Source: an uncultured Chloroflexia bacterium (lineage in GTDB: Bacteria > Chloroflexota > Limnocylindria > Limnocylindrales > CSP1-4). From it: a stretch of 64,000 nt of DNA. The stretch lies in NCBI GenBank assembly GCA_963763775.1, contig CAVXPZ010000001.1:1344001-1408000 (forward strand), given 5' to 3'. Below, in pieces: positions 44,797 to 54,300 of this stretch (position 1 is the first letter of the stretch; the number at the start of each line of letters is the position of its first letter). The notes beneath the pieces were generated by a model. It did no database searches. It was not told the DNA's origin and saw only the letters and a program-made list of their open reading frames with translations. The translations under genes and the position numbers were made by a program.

Positions 44797-45672
44797 TCAG
44801 TCTAGCGCGGCGACGACGTCCGCCAGCGACGGGGCGATCGCGTCCGGCGGTCGATGGCGCCGGCCGGACGCCAGGCCCGCGAGGTCTCCCGCTCCCACTT
44901 TCCCGGTCAGGACCAGCACGCCACGCAACCCCACGCGCTGCGCGCCGCGCACGTCGGCCGACGGGTCGTCGCCGACCATCGCGACCGATCGTGCCGTCAC
45001 GCGCCGGCCGAGATCTTGCCGGATCCCCTCGAGCGCCTGGCGGAAGACGACCGGCGAGGGCTTGCCCAGGATGAGCGCCCGCCGCCCGAGGCTGTATTCG
45101 AGCCCGACGACGAAGCCGCCGGCGTCGAGGGTCACGCCGTCCGGCGTGAACCACCACGGGTTCCGATGCATCGCCAGGAAGGCGGCCCCGTCGCGCACGA
45201 GCCGGAAGGCGATCGACATGTTCCGGTACGACAGCTCGTCGCCGGCGTCGCCGATGACGACGGCCGCGACCGAGCCCGGCGCGGCGGTGGCGGCCTCCTC
45301 TGGCGTCAGGAGGTGCTGTCCGGCGAACTCTCGGCGGGCATCCGGCGCCGCCAGCACGAAGATCGGTCGACCCGGGTAGGTCGTCCCGGTGTGGACGGCC
45401 GCGGCCGAGCTCGCCGTGATGATCCGTTCCGGGTCGAGGATGAGACCGTCGGCTTCCGCGAACCGGCGGGCGAGCGTGGTCCGGTGCGCCAGCGAGAAGT
45501 TCGTCACGACGCGGAACGGGACGCCGCGCGCCTCCAGGGTGCGGAGCGCGTCGATGGCGCCCGCGATCGGCCGGCCCTTCAGGATGAGCACTCCGTCAGC
45601 GTCGAGGACGAACCCGGCGATCCCGTGCATCGCCGCACGCAGATCGGTCGCGGAGGTGACGTGGTCCGGCAT
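44797..45672 (-). CDS. HAD-IIA family hydrolase
   Basis: LDADGVL, VTN, GKPS, MVGDDPSADV, VLTGK. Confidence 0.88.
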   Translation of the reverse strand: MPDHVTSATDLRAAMHGIAGFVLDADGVLILKGRPIAGAIDALRTLEARGVPFRVVTNFSLAHRTTLARRFAEADGLILDPERIITASSAAAVHTGTTYPGRPIFVLAAPDARREFAGQHLLTPEEAATAAPGSVAAVVIGDAGDELSYRNMSIAFRLVRDGAAFLAMHRNPWWFTPDGVTLDAGGFVVGLEYSLGRRALILGKPSPVVFRQALEGIRQDLGRRVTARSVAMVGDDPSADVRGAQRVGLRGVLVLTGKVGAGDLAGLASGRRHRPPDAIAPSLADVVAALD

Positions 45673-45706
45673 GATGGCAGCGTATCGGAAGCGGAAGGAG
45701 CGAGCG

Positions 45707-46486
45707 ATGGGATTGCTGGACGGGAAGACGGCGCTGATCTTCGGCGTCGCCAACGACCACTCGATCGCCTGGGGCATCGCGCGAGCGCTGCACGCCGAGG
45801 GCGCCGAGGTCGGCTTCTCGTCGGTGGAGAGCCTCATCGAGAAGCGCGTCCGGCCCCTGGCGACCTCCATCGGGTCCACCTTCGTCGAGCCGTGCGACGT
45901 CACCGCGGACGCGGACATCGCCCGGGTGTTCGCCAAGTGGGGCGAGACGCACCCCTCGCTGGACATCCTGGTGCACGCCCTGGCGTTCGCGAAGCGCGAG
46001 GACCTCGAGGGCACCTTCGTGGACACCTCGCGGGAGGGCTTCGCCCTCGCCCTCGACGTCTCGGCGTACTCGCTGGTCGCGCTGAGCCGTGAGGCTCGGC
46101 CGTACCTGCAGCGCGGATCGTCGGTGATGACGCTGTCCTACTACGGCGCCGAGAAGGTCGTGGCGAACTACAACGTGATGGGGGTGGCCAAGGCCGCGCT
46201 CGAGGCGTCCGTGCGGTACCTCGCCGCCGACCTCGGGCCGGACGGCGTCCGGGTCAACGCCATCAGCGCGGGGCCGGTGCGCACGCTGGCGGCGGCCGGC
46301 ATCGCCGGCTTCAAGGGGATGTACCGCGGGTTCGCCGAGGTGGCGCCCCTGCGCGCGAACATCACGCCCGAGGACGTCGGCCGGACGGCCGTCTACCTCG
46401 CATCGGACCTCTCGAACGCGGTCACCGGCGAGACCCTGTACGTCGATGGCGGGTTCAACATCGTCGGCGTGCCAACGGGCGACTGA
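45707..46486 (+). CDS. fabI: Enoyl-ACP reductase
   Basis: GVANDHSIAWGIA, VSAYSL, YNVMGVAKAALE, AGPVRTLAA; AAGGAG RBS. Confidence 0.95.
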   Translation: MGLLDGKTALIFGVANDHSIAWGIARALHAEGAEVGFSSVESLIEKRVRPLATSIGSTFVEPCDVTADADIARVFAKWGETHPSLDILVHALAFAKREDLEGTFVDTSREGFALALDVSAYSLVALSREARPYLQRGSSVMTLSYYGAEKVVANYNVMGVAKAALEASVRYLAADLGPDGVRVNAISAGPVRTLAAAGIAGFKGMYRGFAEVAPLRANITPEDVGRTAVYLASDLSNAVTGETLYVDGGFNIVGVPTGD

Positions 46487-46498
46487 CGACCCGCTGGC

Positions 46499-47008
46499 CT
46501 ACCAGCCGAGGCTGCCGGGCTCGCCCTTGATCGGGCCCACGATCCGGCTGGTGACCCAGCCGCCGTAGAAGCCGCCGGGTTGCGGCGTGGCCCGCTCGTC
46601 GCCGACCCACGCTTCATCGACCCGGCTCGCATAGAACGCCAGGTAGCCGCGGATCGCCTCGTAGCCGGGCTTGGGAGCCGCATACGACCAGGCGACATCG
46701 TCGATGCGGCGGCCCGTCGGACCGACGTACGTGTGATAGCCGGCGTCGCCCTTCCACTCGCAGACGGTACGACGCGGACTCGGGACGAGGCGGTCCATCC
46801 GGACGTCCTCGGGCGGGAGGTAGTAGACGGGAGCACCGGCGGTCTCGAGGACCCGGAAGCCGCGGACCGTGTCGGCGACCACCTCGCCGCCGATCACCAC
46901 GCGCAGCCGCTCGGGCACGGGCTCGACCCGAGGCGGCCGCGGGTAGTCCCAGACCGACTCCTGACCGGGACCAGGCTCGATACGGACGGGGCGGGACGAT
47001 CCGTGCAT
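46499..47008 (-). CDS. DUF427 domain protein
   Basis: ESVWDYPRPP, VLET, YYLP, CEWKG, AWSY, FYGGW. Confidence 0.9.
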   Translation of the reverse strand: MHGSSRPVRIEPGPGQESVWDYPRPPRVEPVPERLRVVIGGEVVADTVRGFRVLETAGAPVYYLPPEDVRMDRLVPSPRRTVCEWKGDAGYHTYVGPTGRRIDDVAWSYAAPKPGYEAIRGYLAFYASRVDEAWVGDERATPQPGGFYGGWVTSRIVGPIKGEPGSLGW

Positions 47009-47048
47009 GCCTCAGGTTCGCACGGCGGGACGGAGCGGATGTCTTCGC

Positions 47049-48245
47049 TCAGGAACCGGTCACCGTGATCGTTCCCGTCATGCCGGCCTGGTCATGCCCC
47101 GCGAGCTTGCAGGCGAACGTGTACGTGCCAGGCGCCAGCGACACCGTCAAGCTCCGTGAGAGCCCAGGGACGAGGCCCTCGACCTCGTCGACCGTCGCGT
47201 CGTCCTTGAGGATCTCGAACTCGTGCTCAACGGCCCCCGCGTTCGTCACCTCGAAGGTGACCTCGCCAGCCGGCACGGTGAGGGTCGACGGGGTGAAGGC
47301 GAATTCGCGCGCCTCGACCTGCACGGCGCCCGAGGCCGGAGCGACCGCGGCCGACGCAGACGGCGAGGTCGTCCCGGACCCGGAGCACGCGACCACGGCG
47401 ATCGCGACGACGACGCCGGTCGCGACGGCGGCCGATCCCGGCAGGCGACGTCGTCCCGGGCGCACGTACAGGATCAGGACCGGGACGAGGTATGCCACGT
47501 ACGCGACCGCTTCAAGGGGCGTCGGCGTGGAGCGGTAGCCGAACAATCCGGCGAGGACCGCCCCGAGCGGGCTCGATTCGGGCAGCACCGCGCCAAGGTC
47601 GAAGGCGGTCCCCGTGTTCGCGATCAGGCCAGCCTCACCGAACTCGTGGACCGCGAAGGCGACCAGGCCGGCGGACACGAAGATCAAGACGACCCCGGTG
47701 ATCGAGAAGAAGCGCCTCAGGTCGATCCGGATGCCCGCCGCGAAGATCGCGTACCCGATGGCCACGGCGACGGCGAGGCCGGCAAGCGCGGCGAGCAACG
47801 TCGGGACCGCCGGTCCGCTGGAAGAACCGATCGCGAACAGGAACAGGACCGTCTCGAGGCCCTCGCGCGCGACGGAGACGAACGCCAGCCCGGCGAGGGC
47901 CGTCATCGAGCCCGCCACCAACGCGACGTCGACGCCGCGCTCGAGCTCACCCTTCAACGCCCGACCCTGTCGGCGCATCCAGAACAGCATCCAGGTGAGG
48001 ACGACGACCGCGAGGACCGCGGCGAACCCCTCGACGCTCTCCTGCACGACCAGCGGCAGCCGACCCACGGTCACCACCACGATCGCACCGACGGCGACCG
48101 ATAGCGCCAGCGCGACACCGACTCCGATCCACACGCCGCGCATCGCGTCGCGTCGGTCGATGTTGACGAGATACGCGCTGATGATCCCGACGATCAGGGC
48201 GGCCTCGAGGCCTTCACGGAGCGTGATGAAGAAGGCAGCGGTCAC
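47049..48245 (-). CDS. efeU: FTR1/EfeU iron permease fused to C-terminal cupredoxin
   Basis: Two REGLE motifs; C-terminal FTPSTLTVPAG..HEFEI..YTFACKLAGHDQAGM. Confidence 0.85.
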   Translation of the reverse strand: MTAAFFITLREGLEAALIVGIISAYLVNIDRRDAMRGVWIGVGVALALSVAVGAIVVVTVGRLPLVVQESVEGFAAVLAVVVLTWMLFWMRRQGRALKGELERGVDVALVAGSMTALAGLAFVSVAREGLETVLFLFAIGSSSGPAVPTLLAALAGLAVAVAIGYAIFAAGIRIDLRRFFSITGVVLIFVSAGLVAFAVHEFGEAGLIANTGTAFDLGAVLPESSPLGAVLAGLFGYRSTPTPLEAVAYVAYLVPVLILYVRPGRRRLPGSAAVATGVVVAIAVVACSGSGTTSPSASAAVAPASGAVQVEAREFAFTPSTLTVPAGEVTFEVTNAGAVEHEFEILKDDATVDEVEGLVPGLSRSLTVSLAPGTYTFACKLAGHDQAGMTGTITVTGS

Positions 48246-48360
48246 GGTCTCGGTCCCTCGTGCGACGACGGTCGACGCCGGCACGCAAGAAGCCATGACT
48301 TCACATAGCAAGGTGCCTTGTCACCCGGATGCTAGCCAACATGGCGGGACCGGTCAAGCG

Positions 48361-49084
48361 TCAGTCGCCGCCGCGGACCTCGAAGCGCGCCAGCCGCCAC
48401 GCCGTGATCGTGAGTGAGGCGAGGATCGCCGTCGTGATGACCGCGGCCGCCACACCGGCCTGGATCGGTTCCCGGTCGAACTGGCCGCCGAGCCCGGCCA
48501 CCAGCCCGAGGGTCGCCTGGCGGATCGAAAGGAAGCGCGTCCCCTCGAGCAGGCCGCCGAGGGCACCCTCCCAGATGAGGACGTAGACGAGCCCGGCGAC
48601 GAGGGCTCGGGCCGTCATCGAGCTCAAGGCGACGAAGACGGCCGCGTAGGCAGCCCCGCCCGCGGCGCACGCGATGGCGAACGCGAGCGTCGTCTTGAGT
48701 TGCGCCGGGTCGCGACCCGCCGATCAGGAGGCCGGTGATGAGCGTGATCGGGATGACGAGGACGACGGTCGCCGCCACGGCGACGGCGAGCTTGGCGAGC
48801 GCGACGATCCAGCGCTGGATCGGCTTCGTGAGGAGGAACACGACCGTCCCGTCCTCGATCTCCGAGCCGAGGGCCGCCGTGCCGAGGATGAGCGCGATCA
48901 GCGGCATGACCGTCTGGACGACCAGGACCCCGAGTACGCGATCGGCATCGGCCCGCCCGCCGCGCAGGTAGACGAGGACGCCGAGGATGACCGGGATCGC
49001 CGCGAGCAGGAGCATCAGCAGCAGGCGACGACGGCCGAGCAGGCCGCGGACGGTGACGTCCATGATCGCGACGAACGCGTTCAT
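48361..49084 (-). CDS. ABC-2 type permease, frameshifted
   Basis: LLGRRR, GSEIEDGTVVFLLTKPI, LVYVLIWEG; ATGA overlap. Confidence 0.8.
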
Positions 49085-50011
49085 CGATGCACCAGGTAGC
49101 TGAAGACGCTCTCGAGCGAGTCGTCGGTCGGGCCGACCTCGAAGAGGGTGATGGCCTGGTCGCGGGCGATCCGCGGCAGGACCCGGGTGAAGGCCGCGAA
49201 ATCGGACGTGCGGACGAACAGGCGCTCGCCCGTGAGCTCGGCGCCGAACACGGTCGGGTCGACGAGGAGCGCGGCCGCGAGCCTGCGGTCGTCCGACGAT
49301 CGCACCCGGAAGGTGTGCGGCCGGTCGGTCATGAGGCGACGGATCGACCGGTAGTCGCCCGCGGCGGCCAGCCGGCCTGCGTACACGACGAGGATCGAGT
49401 CGGCCAGTCGCTCCACCTCCTCGAGGATGTGCGAGGAGAAGAGGATCGTGCGGCCCTCCGCGGCCATCGACCGCAGCAGGCCCATCATGTGCAGCCGCTG
49501 CCGCGGGTCCATGCCGTTGAACGGCTCGTCGAGCAGGAGGATGCGCGGGTCGTGGACCAGGGCGCCGGCGAGCTTCGCGCGCTGACGCATCCCCTTCGAG
49601 TACGTCGCGATCGGGCGGCCCGCGGCCTCGGTCAGCTCGACCGTCGCGATGGCCCGATCCGCCGCCGCCATCGGGTCGGACAGACCCTGGAGCCGGGCGT
49701 TGAGCGTCGCGAACTCGTGGCCGGTCAGGAACGGGTGGACCGTCTCGCGCTCGGGCACGAGGCCGATGCGCGCGTACATCGCCGGTCGCCCCCACGCCGT
49801 CCGCCCCTCGACGAGGACCTGCCCGGCCGACGGCCGAAGGAGACCGGCCATCAGGTGCAGGAGCGTCGACTTGCCCGCCCCGTTGGGACCGAGCAGACCC
49901 GTCACGCCCGGACCGAGCGCGAACGAGATGTCGTTGATCGCCACGACGTTGCCGTACCAGCGCGACACGTGCTGGACCTCAAGGGCCGCCGTCGAGCCGT
50001 CGTGCGGTCAT
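49081..50011 (-). CDS. ABC transporter ATP-binding protein (shift near start)
   Basis: GPNGAGKST, YSKGMRQR, LLLDEP, SSH. Confidence 0.9.
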
Positions 50012-50957
50012 GCCGCGATCCGGAGGTAGCGACGGATCGTGAGGCCGATCGCCCCGCTCGCGATGACGATCGACGCGCACCGCGTACGTCGGCCCCGGGA
50101 AGCCGGACTTCACGATGACCGGATTGTCGGACAGGCCGCCGAACAGCCAGGCGTTCGCCCCGTCGAGGACGTCGCTCGGACTCAGGAAGATCACCCACCG
50201 CGCGGTATCGCTGCCGCTCAGCGAGTCGAGGAGCGCGACCACCACCGGCGGGATGATCGAGACCGCGATGATGCCGGCCGTGGCGTAGGCGCGTCGGGGG
50301 GTCCAGGCCGCGATCAGCGCGGAGATGCCGCCAAGGACCCCGGCGGTCAGCAGCGCCTGGCCGACGAACCGTGGCACCGGCGGGAAGTTCGTTCGAGAGC
50401 CCCGTGACCGGGTCGCTCGCGACGAGGACTCGTCCCGTGAACAGGATCAGCTGCGGGAGCAGGTCGACCATCAGCAGCGCCAGCATCAGTCCGCCGACGC
50501 GGGCGAGCGCGTAGTCGGTCCGGGTCAGCGCCCGCGAGAAGTACAGCGGCAGCACCCCGTATCGCTGGTCCCGCCCGAACAGCTCGGGCGCCTGCGCGGC
50601 GCAGAACAGCACGAGCAGGGTGATGGTGAGGCTGTGGTAGGTCTCGTAGCGGACCGGCGAGGCGCGCTCGAGCACGGCGCTCCCGCCGGCCTGGGCCGCC
50701 AGTCCGGCGATGCCGACCGCCAGGATCGCCGGGAGGACCGCGAGCCCGGCGAGCGTGAACGGCGCGATCTTGGCGCGGCCGCCGCGGCCGATCCCGAACG
50801 CGGACTTGACCGTGTTGCGGAGGAGGGCCAGCGCCGCTGAGCGACGTCCCAGACGCGGGCCGCCGTACCGCTGGTACCCGAGGTCGTAGATGCTCCCGCC
50901 CCGACCGGTGGCGGTCGCCGTCGCGGCGTGCGCGAGCGGCGGCATCGGGTCGGTCAT
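50008..50957 (-). CDS. ABC-2 type permease, frameshifted
   Basis: IYDLGYQRYGGPRLG, LFGRDQRYGVLPLYFSR; ATGA overlaps at both ends. Confidence 0.8.
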
Positions 50958-51917
50958 CGGGGACCCTCCGCCGGGCCGGCGGCGGGCGGCGGCGTCGACA
51001 TCGGGCCGGCGGCGGTCGGCGCGTCGCGCGAAGAGGTCTTCGAGGCCGCGGCGGCGCTGCTCGAGCCGGACGAGCGAGAGCTCGAGATCCGCCAGGACGT
51101 CCCGGACCACGTCGTACGGCCGGTCATCGCTGATCGGCACGACGACCGTGCGGCCGTCGACCGCGGGCTGGAGGCCGCGCGCCGCCAATGCGTCGGCGAG
51201 CGCCGTCTCGCCCTCCTCGACCTCCACCGCGAGGTACCCGGTCCGTTCCGTGAAGCTGCCCAGCGGGGCCGCGCGGAGCAGGTGGCCGGCGTCGATCGCG
51301 ACGAGGAAGTCGCACACTCGCTCGATCTCGCCGAGGAGGTGGCTCGCGACGATGACCGCGATGCCGAATTCGGCCCCGGTCCGTCGGACGAGCGCGAGCA
51401 TCTCGTCCCGGCCGGCGGGGTCGAGCCCGTTGGTCGGCTCGTCGAGCAGCAGCAGTCGCGGATCGTGGACGAGGGCCTGGGCGAGCTTGACCCGCTGCTT
51501 CATCCCCGTGGAGTACCCGCCGATCGCGCGGTACCGCTCCTCGTACAGGCCGACGTGGCGCAGCACCTCGGCGGTCCGCTCGCGGGCCGCCGACCCGGGC
51601 AGTCCGGACATCTGCGCCATGTGGCTCACGAAGTCCGTCGCCGAGACGTCCGGCGGAAGGCAGTCGTACTCGGGCATGTACCCGACGAACTGGCGGATCG
51701 CGGTCCCTCGGCCGCGGACGTCCATGTCCATGACCTCGGCGGTGCCGTCGGTCGGCTCCAGCAGGCCCAGCAGGATCTTGAGCATCGTGCTCTTGCCCGC
51801 GCCGTTCGCCCCGACGAGGCCGATGATCCCGGGCTCGAGGTCGAGCGTCAGGCCGTCGAGCGCGGTCACACCGCCGGGATAGCGCTTGGTGAGCCCGCGC
51901 AGGGCGATGAGGGGCAT
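50954..51917 (-). CDS. ABC transporter ATP-binding protein
   Basis: GANGAGKST, YSTGMKQR, LLLDEPTNGLDP, ASH. Confidence 0.9.
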
Positions 51918-51946
51918 GGAGACGACAGCCTACCCGGTCGGCGTGG

Positions 51947-52021
51947 TCAGGCGGCGACGATCTGATTGCGCCCGGCCCGCTTGGCCATCTGCAAGGCGAC
52001 GTCCGCGACCTGCAAGAGCGA
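51947..52021 (-). pseudogene. Remnant of GGDEF domain C-terminus
   Basis: Manual translation SLLQVADVALQMAKRAGRNQIVAA* matches the AD.AL..AK..GRN terminal motif; no upstream GGDEF core. Confidence 0.55.
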
Positions 52022-52118
52022 AGTCACTCGGTGCTTCCACACGATCGCAGCGTGGTCCGTCGGTCCTCCCGCGTCGATGGGCCGAAATCGACCACCGGTG
52101 CGCCCGGACGTCCGGTCG

Positions 52119-53808
52119 TCAGCGGAAGGTCAGGGTGCTCGCGACGACATCGGCGGTCCCGAGGACCTGGCGGAGCGTGTGGCCGGAGGCCGGCTCGATC
52201 ACCAGGACGAGCGGCCCGTCCTCCGTGTCGAGGGCGACGATGCGAGTCGTCCGACCGCCCTCGACGTAGAACGTCTTGCCCCCCGCGGTGAAGACCGCCC
52301 GTCGGCCGGACCCGATCGGGGTGACGTCGGTGGAGCGTCCCTTGTGCCCGTCGATCTTGACGCTCGCCGACTTCGTCGCCTTCAGGTCCTTGGTCCCCGC
52401 GATCCCGGCGATCACCGCCTTGGCCGTGCCGTCACCGAACGGCCGGTGGGTTGCGCCGGGCGGCGTGACGCGGCTCGCGTAGGTCATCAGACCCTCCGGC
52501 CGCGACAGCACGAGCAGGTCGGGGGTGTCGATCGCCGTCGACCAGCCGTCGCCGAGCGTGAACGCCACGGGCGTCGCGAATTCGTGCAGGGGCGTACCGG
52601 CCCGCACCGAGCGAGCACGCGACGTCCAGGATCGGACGGCAGATGTCGACCGGCGGCGGGGACGGCGTCGGCACGGGCGTCGGGACGTGCGTGACCACGG
52701 CCTCGGCGGTGGCCGTGTGGGTCGTCGGGCGAGTCGTGGCGACCGCGGCGCCACCGCGATCCGCGCCGAGCACGACCATCGAAAACGCGCCGACGACCAG
52801 CGCGATCGCCGCCACGAGGCCGACCGCACGGCCGCGACCGAGACGTCGGGCCGGCCGCCGAGCGCCGATCCCGACGGAGCGCACGGGGGTGATCCGGCGC
52901 GGGCGCGGGGTGGCCCGTGTGACGGACGGCCGCTCGGCCTCGACCGTCTCGGACGGGGCCACCAGGGGCTCCAGCGCGGTCGCGAGCGCGTTGCCGCTCG
53001 CGAAGCGCGCCGCGGGATCGGCGGCGAGCGAGCGCGTGACGATCGCGTCGAGCGCGAGCGGCACCTCCGGGCGGGCGTCGCGCGGTGATGGCGCGGCGGC
53101 GCCGACCCGTGCCAACGCGAGTTGCGCGGATGTGTCGCCGTGCCAGGGCCGCCGTCCCGTGAGGGCCTCGTAGAGGACCAGGCCGAGGCCGTACACGTCG
53201 GATGCCGGCGTCGTCGTGGTGCCCTGCGCCTGCTCCGGGCTGAAGTACTGCACGGATCCGAGCGTCGTCCCGGGGAGCGCCGCCTCGGCGTCCGCCGCGA
53301 GCCGCGCGATACCGAAGTCCGTGATCATCGCGCGGCCGTCGCGAGCGAGGAGGATGTTGCTCGGCTTCACGTCGCGATGGACGATCCCGCGAAGGTGTGC
53401 CGCCCCGAGGCCGCGGGCGACGTCGAGGCCGACTCGTGCGACGTCGCCGGGCAGCATGGCTCCGTCGCGTCGGAGGCGGGCGGCCAGGTCCTCGCCCTCG
53501 ATCAGCTCCATGACCATGAACGGGCCGGCCGCGTCGGAGCCGGTGTCGAGGCACCCGACGATGTTCCGGTGCCGCAGCACCGTGGCGGCGAGCGCCTCGC
53601 GCCGGAAGCGGTCGGCGAGGTCGCGGTCGGCGCCGATCTCCGGGCGCAGCACCTTGATCGCGACGACCCGACCGCTGCGCAGGTCCTGGGCCCGGTAGAT
53701 CGTCGCCATGCCGCCGCGGCCGACGACCTCGCCCAGACGGTACCGACCGGCGACGAGGCGGTCGCGGTCGGCGGGAGCGGCGTCGGATGGGTCCGGTCGC
53801 ACGGTCAC
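52119..53808 (-). CDS. Hanks-type Ser/Thr kinase with TM and extracellular domain, frameshifted
   Basis: GRGGMA, VAIK, HRDVKPSN, DFGIA, GSVQYFSPEQ, DVYGLG; TM; shift near 52590. Confidence 0.88.
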
Positions 53809-53997
53809 GCGGCCGACGATAGCCCACTCCCGCGGAACCGGCCTGAGCGTCACTAAGGTAGCCGCGGCCCCGCGACGGGCGAGATTGAGGACCGACCCGT
53901 GACCGCGTGCGGCGAGCGCCGGATGGCATGGATGTCGCCAGATCGCATGGTGGTCCCAACGCCGAGACGTTCTCGGTGACGGACCGGAGGCCAGACG

Positions 53998-54174
53998 ATG
54001 TTGAACCACGAGGCGATGCGACAGCTCGCCAAGGACCGATGCGCCGATTACGAACAGCAGGCGAAGCGCGAGCGCGTCTCCCGGGTGGAGACGATGGCCG
54101 TGCATCAGGAGCCGCGCGAGCGGTTCCGGATCCGCGACCTGCGATGGGTACTCTTCCGACCCCATAGCGCGTGA
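53998..54174 (+). CDS. Small hypothetical protein (58 aa)
   Basis: GGAGG RBS; MLNHEAMRQLAKDRCADYEQQAKRERVSRVETMAVHQEPRERFRIRDLRWVLFRPHSA*. Confidence 0.6.
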   Translation: MLNHEAMRQLAKDRCADYEQQAKRERVSRVETMAVHQEPRERFRIRDLRWVLFRPHSA

Positions 54175-54300
54175 TCGACCCTCCGTCGCGACTCGGGTGC
54201 ACGGGGACCGCACCCGGGTCGCGACGCTCGTCCACGGCGAGCGCGGAACAGGGGGGTGCCACGGTCACGCTCGAACGGTGCGGGCCTATCATTCGGCCGC

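Noticed and set aside
48309-48320. CAAGG-TG-CCTTG as an iron-regulator box upstream of efeU
   Set aside because: Only 5-bp arms and a poor match to Fur or IdeR consensus; cannot be supported
49902-51917. ABC ATPase-permease fusion
   Set aside because: GGAGG plus ATGA at 50954-50957 indicates separate coupled genes
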